From Octopus vulgaris (taxonomy: Eukaryota): DNA of 64,000 bases. Shown piece after piece: positions 11,592-23,094 of the stretch. A program made the position numbers and the translations under genes. Below the pieces are notes generated by a model. It made no database searches, was not told the origin of the DNA, and saw only the letters and a list, made by a program, of their open reading frames with translations. Numbering within the stretch: position 1 is the first letter of the stretch; each line of letters begins with the position of its first letter. The stretch is taken from assembly GCA_951406725.2 (NCBI GenBank), contig OX597820.1:37820001-37884000 (forward strand), read 5' to 3'.

Positions 11592-11905
11592 TGTTTAAAC
11601 CTCGCCAAGAAAAATATTTAAACCACCTGATGAATGACTGCGACTCAAAAATTTGAAGATGTTAGCAGGCATGAAACGATCGTAGTGTGATATTAATTAT
11701 ATTTTTTTAATAATTTTGTTATATATTTAAATAATATAAATTAATCATATGTAATGGCTTAAGTTTTTCATTGTGTGATTTGCTTAATAGTGGTTTTGTC
11801 TCTAATTTAATATAATATAATATTTTACTATAAAATTGGATTCAATCCTAAATCTGATTTTTCCCTGTAAGTTTGGATTTATTCCCTAATATTTATTATT
11901 ATATG
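11274..11905 (+). mobile_element. Penelope-like pseudo-LTR unit (11590-11905) preceded by an inverted partial copy (11274-11406), between (TA)n tracts
   Basis: Inverted repeats visible directly; contains a hammerhead; the terminus ttttccctgtaagtttggatttattccctaatatt resembles 58055-58095. Confidence 0.7.
11613..11694 (+). ncRNA. Type I hammerhead ribozyme motif, intact core
   Basis: Stem I CAC/GTG (plus AATATT/GATATT); CTGATGA 11627-11633; stem II ATGACTGC/GCAGGCAT; GAAAC 11673-11677; palindromic stem III ACGATCGT; cleavage triplet GTA 11682-11684. Confidence 0.75.
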
Positions 11906-12004
11906 TATATATATATATACATATATATACAAACATACATACACACACATATATATATGTATGTATATATGTATGCATTTATTTGTATATGTATGTATAC
12001 ATAT

Positions 12005-12200
12005 GTGTGTGTGTGTTTATCACACCACCGCTTGATAACCGACGTTGCTTTTTTTACATCCCTGTAACAAAAGTGACCGATAAAATAAGCACCAGACTTG
12101 AAACATAAACATTGGGAGAAATTTGTTCAACTAAAAACCCTTCAAGGCAGTACCCCAGCATGACCGCAGCCCAAGTGACTGAAACAAGCAAAAGATATAA
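12005..12200 (+). mobile_element. SINE family A, 3' half (partly duplicated in inverted orientation at 11409-11530)
   Basis: cgcttgataaccga...gaccgataaaataagcacc...ccccagcatgaccgcag...tgactgaaacaag. Confidence 0.85.
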
Positions 12201-12520
12201 CGAGACACGTTGTTGAGCCAACCGCCTGTTTGATAAACGAGATAGAATCGATGTAGTGTTTGATAAACGAGATAGAATGACTTGCTGGTGATTGCAGAAG
12301 GAAGAAAGAAGACAGCACGAAGGTGTGAAAGCGAATAATTGAGAGGCTGACACGAAAAGACCAAGATAAAGAAACGGAACTACAAGTGGAGCTTGATAAC
12401 GAATTAGATAAACGAAGATATTGATATGCGGATGTATACATACAAGTACACGCTTATAAATGATGTATACATCCATACCTATATATTCATGCATGCATAC
12501 GTTTATATATATATATATAT

Positions 12521-12576
<56 letters not shown>

Positions 12577-12681
12577 CGTATGGTACATAGCCAGCTACGA
12601 ACATTAATAGTAGAACGGAGATAGGTACCTAGATAGAGAGGTAGATAGATTAAAAAAATAGAGTAAGAGAGATGGAGGGGA

Positions 12682-12730
<49 letters not shown>

Positions 12731-12919
12731 TGAGAGAGTGAGAGAGAAAGTGTGTGTGCATGAAAGTAAGAGAGAGAGGGAGAATGTGAGGAAAACAATA
12801 TGAGATGTGATAATCAAGGAGATAAGCTTCTTTGCTTGAAGGAATACCGTGTGTTGGTGTATATATGTTACCATGTGTGCGTATATGTGTTTCTCTGTGT
12901 ATGTGTGATAGTGTGTGCG

Positions 12920-12955
<36 letters not shown>

Positions 12956-13064
12956 GTGTGCGTGTGTGTGTATGTTTGTGTATGATGTATATCATTATAC
13001 AATACTCATTTCTGTTTAGTCACATGAATACCTCTAAATGAGGAAATATTACGTCATGTGATAT

Positions 13065-14900
13065 ATTTATGGAAGTGACAGTGATGGTGGTGGTGTCAAT
13101 GTTGACGGTGATAGTGGCGGTTCCGATGGTATTTGTGAAGGCGGTGGTGATGGTGGTGATGGTGGTAGTGATGATACGAGTGGTGGTCGTTGTGGCATTT
13201 GTGGTGACGATGATGTCTGTTAGAGTGATGACAGTGGCTGTGGCGGAATTTTTGGTGACGGTGGTAGTCGTAGTGATGATACTGGTAGTGATGAATTTGT
13301 GGTGAAGATAGTCGTGAGTACACTGGCGATGGTAGTGATAGTGGTGACAGGAGTGGCGGTAGCAGTGGTGGTTGTGGTGGTACTTGTGGTGACGATGGTG
13401 GCGATGAAATGATGATGGTAGTGATGGTGGTTGTGGTGGTACTTGTGGTGATGCTGGTAGTGGTCGTTGTAGAGGTTATGGCAATGGTGGTTGTGGAGTT
13501 GTTTTGCGACGGCGGTGGTATTACAGTGATGGTAGTAGTGGTGGTGGTTGTGATGGTATATTTGGTGACGTTGGTGGTTGTTGTACAGTGATGATGGCTG
13601 TGGTGGTTCCGGTGGTATTCGTGGCGACGGTGGTGGTGGTTGTACAGTGATGATGGTAGTAGTGGTGGTTCCGGTGGTATTCGTGGCGACGGTGGTGGTG
13701 GTTCTATGATGATGATGATAGTAGTGGTGGTATCTGTGGGGACAATGGTGGTGTTAGTGGTGAAGGGAGTGGTGACAGTAGTGGAGATGGTAATGGTGTT
13801 TGTGGTCGTGCATGTGGTGACGATGATGGTGATGGTAGTTACGATGGTAGTGGTGATTGTGGTGGTATTTGTGGTGTCGGTTGTGGCTGTTACAGTGATG
13901 ATGGTAATGGTGATGGTTGTGATGGCATGTTGTCAAGGGTGGTGGTTTTACAGTAATAATGGTTGTAGTGGTGGCTGTGGTGGTATCTGTGGTTGCGGTG
14001 GTGATAGTACAGTGATGCTGATTGTAGTGGTATATGTTGTGACGATGGTAGTTGTATAATGATGATGTTAGTGGTAGTGGATGTGATGTGGTGGTGGTTG
14101 TGGCCATGCTGTGGTAATTGGTGGTGGCAGTGGCTGTAAGGGTACATATGGTGACAATGATAGCGCTGCAATGGTGACGGTGGTTGTGGTGTTGGAACTT
14201 TTTTAGTGGCGATGGTATCTATAGAAGTGCCAGTGGTAGTAATTGTGGCGGTGCTGTTGTAATGGTGCGACGATGGCGGTGTTTGTGGTGTGGTGGTGGA
14301 GTGGCTGAGTTGGTGCAGTCGTAATGGTAGCTGTGCTGGAATGATAACCGAGCAGTCAATGGTGACCGTGCCAGTTGCAGTGGTAGTACCACTGACGGTT
14401 TCTGTGATAGTAGAGGTAAGTGTCGTGATAATGGCGGCGGGTAGGAATACCGGTGGAGGTTGTGGTCAGTGGTATTCGTAGCAATGGTGATGGCAGCGAT
14501 GGGGACAGCGGTGGTGGTAATGGTGATAATGGTGGTGGTGGTGATGGTGATGATGGTGGTGGTGATGGTGGTGGTGGTGGTGGTGATGGTGGTGGTGGTG
14601 ATGGTGGTGATAGATTTGGTGCTGGTGATGATGGTGGAGGTGGTGATGGTGGTGATGGTGTTGGTGGCGGTGATGACTGTGAGAGTGGCGGTGTTGATGA
14701 TGATGATGGCGGCAGTGATTGTGGCGGTGGTGATGGTGGCGGTGGTGATGGTGGTGGTGGAGATAGTGGTGGTGGTGATGGTGGCGGTGGTGATGGTGGC
14801 GGTAGTAATAGTAATGATGGCAGAGATGATGGCGATGGTGACGATGATGGTAGTGGTGATGGTTGTGGCGAAGGTCGTTAGTAATGGCACCGGGAGTGAG
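13065..14900. repeat. About 1.8-kb degenerate (GTG/GAT/GGT)n low-complexity tract
   Basis: Read directly; produces spurious poly-V/M, G/D, T/I and H ORFs. Confidence 0.95.
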
Positions 14901-15267
14901 GATAGTTGTGGAAGTGGTGAATACAATTCTTTTCTAACCAAATATAGAAACTAATACTAGTGGTGTTGCTGGAATATAATAAAGAAATGGAGGAGTGGAT
15001 ATACTTGCTTAAAATGTAAAAAAAAAAAAACCCCCAGAAAAATAACTGATTGTGGTGTAGACGGAGAAGGAAAAATAACTGAGTAATCCGATTTACACTG
15101 GAACTCTTTCGAATAGCACGATTCTATTACACACCCGATTTCTCTCTTCTTATGTATGGATACATATAAGGCATGACTACATACATGCATAAATACATAG
15201 GTGCGTATGTACATACATATATACATAAACATATATACATATGTACATACTTTTAAATGCATACATT

Positions 15268-15454
<187 letters not shown>

Positions 15455-15928
15455 GATTCTCTTTCTGTCTATCTGTCTCTCTACATGCACAGAGAAGCAT
15501 ACATATGTATGTTTATGCATGTATGTTTATGCATGCATATATGTATGTATATATGTATATGTGCGTGTGTATGTGTATGTATGTATGTATGTATGTATGT
15601 ACGTGTAGCTATTTCCTAATATAGCACACATACACAACATACCCTGCCACACAAACACATTTTCTATCATACTATCCGCATACGCACAATATTACGTAAC
15701 ATCATTATCTGTGTATATATTTGATAAGTATCTTATATTTTATGTGAGATACCGTCAATATTAGAGTGTAGAAAGTGAAAAGAAAGAGGATGAAGATATG
15801 GAGAAGAAGGAGGGAGAGGAAGAGGAGGAGGAACGAAGACAGAGAGAACAGAAATATGTAATTGCAATGGAGAACACGTTTGGGTATTATACTGTTAGTG
15901 ATATACATACATACGTACAAACATACAT

Positions 15929-16002
<74 letters not shown>

Positions 16003-16010
<8 letters not shown>

Positions 16011-16373
16011 AAAGGGCTTAGTAAAATAAATTACTTTGCCGCATACTGAACTCATTAGAAATAGCAGCTAAAAAAACTTTTTAAAAACTTTTTCCAATAC
16101 TTAAAGAAAACCTCTCTCATATATAGTGCTTGCTCAATTCAACTCACAAAAGTATGGGGGTAGAGACATTAAAAAATCAAATGCAAAGGTTATTTGATTT
16201 TTTAATGTCTCTACCCCCATACTTTTGTGAGTTGAATTGAGCAAGCACTATATATGAGAGAGGTTTTCTTTAAGTATTGGAAATAGTTTTAAAAAAAGTT
16301 TTTTTTAGCTGCTATATCTAATGAGTTCAGTATGCGGCAAAGTAATTTATTTTACTAAGCCCTTTTATATAAT
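16003..16373. repeat. Near-perfect long inverted repeat (about 180-bp arms, 9-bp spacer)
   Basis: 16003-16182 is the reverse complement of 16192-16373, with about 2 substitutions plus homopolymer length differences. Confidence 0.95.
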
Positions 16374-16671
16374 GTAATTAATTTGAATTCGCTTTATATA
16401 ATTAATAATAGATTAAGCTAACCTTTTATAATTAATAATTTGAATTGCTAAAGTCCCTTTGTATACTGATAAGCCCTTTATAATGTAATGTTATTCGCCT
16501 TAAATGGTCCTTGTATACCTTTGTATACTGAATACTTGGTGAAATTGATTGAAACTAATTAATTTTACCCTCTATTAATTTACCCTATTTTAATAATGTA
16601 ATAATTTAGATTATTAAATGGTCCTTTGTAATTGTTGAAATGAATATGATTAACTAATTAATTTTACTATA

Positions 16672-16708
<37 letters not shown>

Positions 16709-16814
16709 TTTTTTGCTTAGTTTTTCCTTCAGAACACATTCTTCGTGGAAAATGGCGATTTGACGTCTATATCTAGCATGTAGGGCTGTCCACTTTTAGT
16801 GGTCAGTCCTCTAA

Positions 16815-16858
<44 letters not shown>

Positions 16859-17066
16859 ATATACTCACACACACACACATATGTATATAAATATGCATAC
16901 ATAGATATATATACATACACATACATATGTATATGCATACATATATATATATATATATTGATATATCGCCATACGCACACACACATATATATACAAATAT
17001 ATGTGAATGTGTCAGTAAGTGTCTGTGTGTGCATGTGCATGCGTGTGTGTGTGTGCGTGCGCGCGC

Positions 17067-17099
<33 letters not shown>

Positions 17100-17290
17100 A
17101 AAAGCGGTAACGGGTAAGTCAGAGCAACGACTGAGAAAAACCTCAGTTACAGATAAAATTTACTTTACACACACAACTCAGCTACTCACACAACACACCA
17201 CTCACACACGCAAGACACACTCACACACTTAACACACACACACACAACACATACTCACCCAACACACAAACATGCCGAAACACACGCTCT

Positions 17291-17369
<79 letters not shown>

Positions 17370-18059
17370 GCTAGCTAGCTAGCTAGCTATCTATCTAAAT
17401 GTACTGGAACTGAGGAAAAAAGAAAAGGACGGTCGCAGTAATTGAAGGAGAGCGTCGAAGGTAAACGAAGAATTATAGAGGCGGTATGAGGGGTGAATGA
17501 AAGAATCAAATACTTCTCTCTCTCTCTCACCGTCTCATTCTCTCTTCAACTCTCTCTCTCTCTTTCATTTTCTCAATGTCTCCCCATCTCTCTGTTCCTT
17601 TTATTATCGATATATCGGAGATATTAAATCTATTTCTAAAATGTAGAATACAGTGTGTATCGCGACAGCTAAAGATCAGACGCACTCCCTAATGCATTAC
17701 ATTTCTAATTAATTTTAGTTAATTAAAATTTCAGGTTGAATCCTTTATCTTATTTTATTATTTTTTTTTTACCATAATTAGTCATTTAGGAAATGATTAT
17801 TTCCGTCACTAATGTTGTAATTTTAATTAATGAAGACTTCTTGGTTTAATACATGAAATATGCTAACCCACTGTACTCGAGAAGTATTAGGTTGGTGTCG
17901 CAGAAAATGAGAAAGGGAGAAACATTTGAATAGCTGAGCATTGTAGGGCTCTGTGCAGTAAATTATGACAGACCCGATGTGTCAACGAGGAAAGTACTTT
18001 GGTGGGGAGCATTGGATTTTTATCTTTAAAATAAACTAAACGAAATGGGTTTCCTCCAG

Positions 18060-18570
18060 AAGTCACAATTCCCGAACTATAGACATGTGATTAGAATGTT
18101 GCAGGAAAGAATCGCATGGTCGCATGGCAGATTCTTCAAGCTGACCAACCGGCAGGAGATTTAAGGGTAAACCGAGTACAAGATAGTTGGATAATACCCA
18201 TTGTCTCAGTTGGCCATATCTGGGAATCCAACCGGAAAATCTAATGACAATTGTTTCTGATAACATTGTATTGAGAAGGTGATTGAGGGCTCTATCCCGC
18301 GACCTTATCAGGAATAATAAGCGAAGAAAGTGAATGGATGGACAATTATGATGAGGAATGTAATGATTTGAAGATCTTTTTCCCATAAGAGAGAGCGGAA
18401 AGTAATGTCTCTCTTTTAAAAAATGTCTGTGCATTGTTCAGATTTCCCCGTATCATGTTTATATTTCTTACTTCATATCTCAAGACCATATGGAGGAGCT
18501 ACCTGAGGACTCTTCCACAGCAACCCTTCCAGGAATACTGGGCGGAGAAAATGGATAGACGAAACGAGTA
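18060..18570 (+). mobile_element. RTE-type LINE 3'-end remnants
   Basis: PTGRRFKGKPSTR*LDN...WPYLGIQPENLM...RALSR; a second tail fragment at 18490-18570 resembles 7410-7475. Confidence 0.65.
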
Positions 18571-18779
18571 GTGCTACAATTCAGTCACAGATCTTCACTG
18601 TTCGAGTATATCTAAAATCGGAGTTCCAGCCGTAACCATCTCCCGTATATTTACAGTTATGTGACATATCATTATCCAATGCATCTTTTGCAAGTAGGTA
18701 AAATACAGTGTGATTCCTGGAACATTTGGATGCTTTTCCTTACAAGTACATTGAACCATCAGACAGTGCTTCCCATCGC

Positions 18780-19006
18780 TTAACCTTTTTGATACCAACT
18801 CATCCGAGACCTTCCCTACTTCTATACCAATTTCTTGCTTTGAAGTTATCTAAATAAACACCTTTCATCAAAATTTGGTGTAAATAGATGTTCCAAACAC
18901 CAGCTTAGTAATGATAAAGTTATTTAATTAAATTCTTCTTTACTTTCAGAATTAATTAAAACAAAGGCAGTGTACTTCAAGTGAAATATGACAAAAGGGT
19001 TTTTAA
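18780..19006. mobile_element. Degenerate piggyBac-type MITE
   Basis: Ends TTAA-cctttttgatac and tatgacaaaaggg-ttt-TTAA; weak TIRs. Confidence 0.45.
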
Positions 19007-19489
19007 TGCAATGCCTCTAAACCATTTCTGGATCAATGTACCGTTTCATCAAAAGGGGTTTTACAAACGCCTTCACCGCCTGTTTTGCAAAAAAGAATAA
19101 AAAATGAATAAAAGTTTAACCACTCACATCTTTCACAGAATCCACACCATATACATACACGAAGTTTCGCGCACCGTACACATACACAAACAGACACATT
19201 CATATATCCTCTCTCACACACAGAATCCATACCGTATCACACAAGTGCGCATTCACACACTCACCAGTTCATGCATACGCACACACGCACACACACTCAC
19301 ACTCTCCCTCTCTCTCGCATTTTCTCTCACCTCCAGGAGACAGATAAACCTGGAGTAAAGAGGTCAAGTTACTGATGAGGTTGCGAATGGTGATGAAAAA
19401 AAGGACTTTGCTAAACCTAGCTGATTGACTGACCAAACGAATAAACAAACAATCGATTAGCCAACTGGTTAAAGGGTTAACTAGTTGAC

Positions 19490-19490
<1 letters not shown>

Positions 19491-19540
<50 letters not shown>

Positions 19541-19548
19541 TAATAATG

Positions 19549-19626
<78 letters not shown>
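19491..19626. repeat. (TAA)n microsatellite
   Basis: Read directly. Confidence 0.97.
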
Positions 19627-19629
<3 letters not shown>

Positions 19630-19711
19630 GCCCTGATGCAGCACCAGGCAGTGGCTCTCATGGCTTCTGATCTTAACTGACTGGAAATGTTATCATGTAG
19701 ATAATAATAAT

Positions 19712-22181
19712 GGAAGTGATATGGCCTCGGACTGTCGTTATGTCACAACAGATCACATACACGGTGTGCGCAAAAACAGACATAAGTGGACGAAGGAAGA
19801 GTACGATACGCTTATTGAATGTCATGAAAGAGCAAAGCTGGAAAGAAGTTGCAGTGTAAGCCGACATACCTTGAAATTCTGGATGGAAAAGGACATGTGT
19901 GCAACGTCGGAAAATAAACTAATGAACCAAGAGTGATATTAGGAGGAAGGGTTGCTTAACTGGAGTAGAACTATCTCGGATTAGTGAGAGTCTGAGAGAT
20001 CCTGCAGATGAGTTACAAAGGATAGTCGGAGTTGAAAACAGAGAGGTAGGAGTTGAAAGCAGGGAGAAGAGTAGACAGGAGAAACGGGGAATAGTGATGG
20101 GGCTGTTAAGGATAAGGAATATGAACTTTATACAGTGAACCCCGATACTGTGGTGGGTGGATATGCAGGGGAAATGAACCAACTAGGTTATGAATTGCTT
20201 GAAATTCAAAGACGACTCATCGACTTGATGAATTCTCCAGAAGAAAAAGATCCCCAAGAATATGAAAAGGGTAGATAGGAGTACGATAAATAAAGTAACA
20301 CGGAGGACATAACACAAACAAGGAATATTCTTCGAGCTATTGCACTACTTGTTGAGGAGAAATTACAACTTAAGAGAACAAAAAATGGTGGAGCAAAAAA
20401 ACCATGGTGGAAACGACGCATTGAAAGGGACATAATGCGGGCAAGGGAAGATCTAGGAAAAACTGAGCAATGGTTAAGAGGAAACTGGAAAAATGAGAAA
20501 AAGACCGACTGAGAAAAATTAGAGAAGAAATATAAAATACGGAAGAACGGGTTTGATGCAGTAAAAGAGTAGCTAAAACAGAGGATCATGAGAAAAGCCA
20601 GAAAATCAGAAGATTTGTGAACAGAAATAAGTAGTTCGATGAGAACAGATTGTTCAAAATAAACCCGAAACGATTCTTCCGAATGTTAGAAGGAGACAAT
20701 GGCAAAATGTTGCTCCTGATGCAAATCAAGCCAAGGAGTTCTGAAGCGGATTATGGGGAAAATTTGTGGTGCATAAAAGGGATGCAATATGGATAGGAAC
20801 TAGGAGGAAAGGAACAAAGAAATATTGTCAAAAGCATGGGTGATATGAAAGAACAAGTGGGTAAAGTGCCTAACTGGAAAGCTCCCGGACCAGATGGGAT
20901 TCATGGTTTCTGGATGAAGAGAAGCCACGCGGTGCATGAAAGACTAGCAGCCCAATTGAATGAGTGTCTCCAGAAAGGTACAGTCCCCACGTGGATGGTG
21001 ACTGGGAGGACAACACTTGTAATAAAAGATAGAAGAAAGGGGAATATTGTGGGAAACTACTGTCCCATAGCATGCCTAAACATAATCTGGAAGATACTCA
21101 CTGGAATATGTGCGTCAAAGACATATATTTTCCTGGCACAGGAAGAAATTCTACTAAGGGAATAAAAAAGATGTAGGAAGAGTTCTCAGGGTACCAAGGA
21201 TCACCTGGACATCGATAAAACAGTTTTGAGGTATTGTAAAAAACATCATACAAGTATGTCTATGGCTTGGATTGACTTTAAGAAGGCATATGATATGATG
21301 CCTCATTCTTGGATCGTTGAATGCCTGCAGATGTTTGGTATTGCTGACAACATCACAACTTTTCTGATGCATAGCACGAAAGAGTGGAGAACTAAATTGT
21401 ACTCAAGTAATGTATTCTTTGGAATAGTTAATATTAAAAGGGGTATCTTCCAAGGTGACTCGTTTTCTCCGTTACTTTTTGTAATTGCACTTAACTTAGG
21501 AAAGTTAAGATGGGTTACCGATGTGGGAAGAAAGGCCCATCATTGAACCATCTGCTGTTTATAGATGACCTGAAATTGTTGGGAAAATCGGAAAAATACA
21601 AAAAGAACGCAAACGCCGCCACGATAAAGTGTGTGCGTATCTTCATTGGCTCTTATGCAGTAAATACCAATATGAAGTAACAGAGAAGTGGTATGAGAAT
21701 GTACTAAGTAAAGTTAAACAGGAGGATGGAAAAGTAACGATACTCTGGGACTATGATTTTCAGACGGATCGTGTAATCGAACACTGTCAACTGGATATTG
21801 TCATATTGAATAAGAGAGATAAAAGCTGTCAGATCATTGATGTAGCCATACCAAATGACATGACTGTTGTGAATAAAAAGGTTGAAAAAAATCATCAAGT
21901 ACTCCGAACTGAAAGTGGAAATGGCAAGACTATATGGAATGCGAGATGGTAACGTAAAGGTGATACCAGTGGTGATCGGAGCGTTGGGCTCAATCCCATT
22001 GAAACTTCAAAACTTCTTAAGGCAACTGGAAATCCCATGCAAAATTGATGTCTTGTAAAAGCAGTCTTATTGGGCACAGCGCACATCTTAAGGAAAGTAT
22101 TATTTGTCTGAAGTGCTTGTTGTGACTTGACAAATGACTAAAGACTCCGGTGCATTTTTACCTACACTATGTTACAAAGCA
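19712..22181 (+). mobile_element. Dong/R4-like non-LTR retrotransposon (RT + RLE endonuclease), decayed and internally deleted
   Basis: HKWTKEE, PWWKRRIE, NWKAPGPDGIHGFW, NYCPIACL, DFKKAYD, RGIFQGDSFSPLLF, NHLLFIDDLKL, RRHDKV..LHW, ILWDYDFQTD, IIDVAIP, LGTAHILRKVL; followed by (TAA)n. Confidence 0.92.
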
Positions 22182-22203
22182 AATAATCATAATAATAATA
22201 ATC

Positions 22204-22258
<55 letters not shown>

Positions 22259-22261
<3 letters not shown>

Positions 22262-23012
22262 TGAAAAATGGAGCTGACCCAAAATGCCGATTCTGTAACG
22301 ATGAGATTGAAACAATAGACCACCTAATCTCAGGGTGTAGAGTCTTAGCACCTGCAGAATATAAAGCAAGACATGACAGAGTCGGCCAGTATTTACACTG
22401 GACAATATGTCGGCATTATAAAATCAAAACCGCAGACAAATGGTATAAACATCATCCTGAAGCTGTGACTGAGGGAGAAAATGTGTCGATTCTATGGGAC
22501 TTCCCCGTGCAGACCGACAGGACTATAAAAGCTAATAAACCGGATATAATTATAAAAGATCAGACAAAAAGGATATGTTTATTAATTGACATGAGTATTC
22601 CCTGTGATCACAAAATAGCGGCGAAAGAATTTGACAAGATTAGTAAATATAAAGACCTGCTAATGGAAATTGGAAAAATGTGGCATCTCAAGGTGACTAC
22701 AGTACCAGTGATTGTAGGATCTCTAGGAATGATAAAAAAAGGTACTGAAACCTATTTGAAAAGGATTCCATCCCTACAGGAAGTGCAAAAAATCGTATTA
22801 ACTGGAACGGCTCATGTACTGAGACGAGCACTATCGCTGTCAAAATAACATCCATCCATGAATTTATTTATTTATTAATTTTTAAATACATATTTTATCT
22901 GTGAATTTGCGCGTGTAATCTGGGAATACATACAATGCCCTTCTCTTCCCTAGGTGTATGGAAAACACTCGGCGAGAAACGGAAGAAAATATGAAGAAAG
23001 AAGGAAAAAACA
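22259..23012 (+). mobile_element. Second, 5'-truncated Dong/R4-like element: open CCHC + RLE endonuclease segment and 3' UTR
   Basis: ORF 22150-22848: CRFC..ETIDHLISGC, RHD, ILWDFPVQTD, KPDII, LIDMSIP, KYKDL, TGTAHVLRRAL; (TAA)n on both sides. Confidence 0.93.
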
Positions 23013-23094
23013 TAATAATAGTAATAATAATCCTTTCTACTATAGGCACAAGGCCTGGAATTTGTGGGAAGGGGATAAGTCGATTATATCAACC

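Noticed and set aside
14219-14954. Mucin-like or Gly/Asp-rich protein
   Set aside because: Frames are open on both strands only because of the GTG/GAT repeat; no signal peptide or splice evidence.
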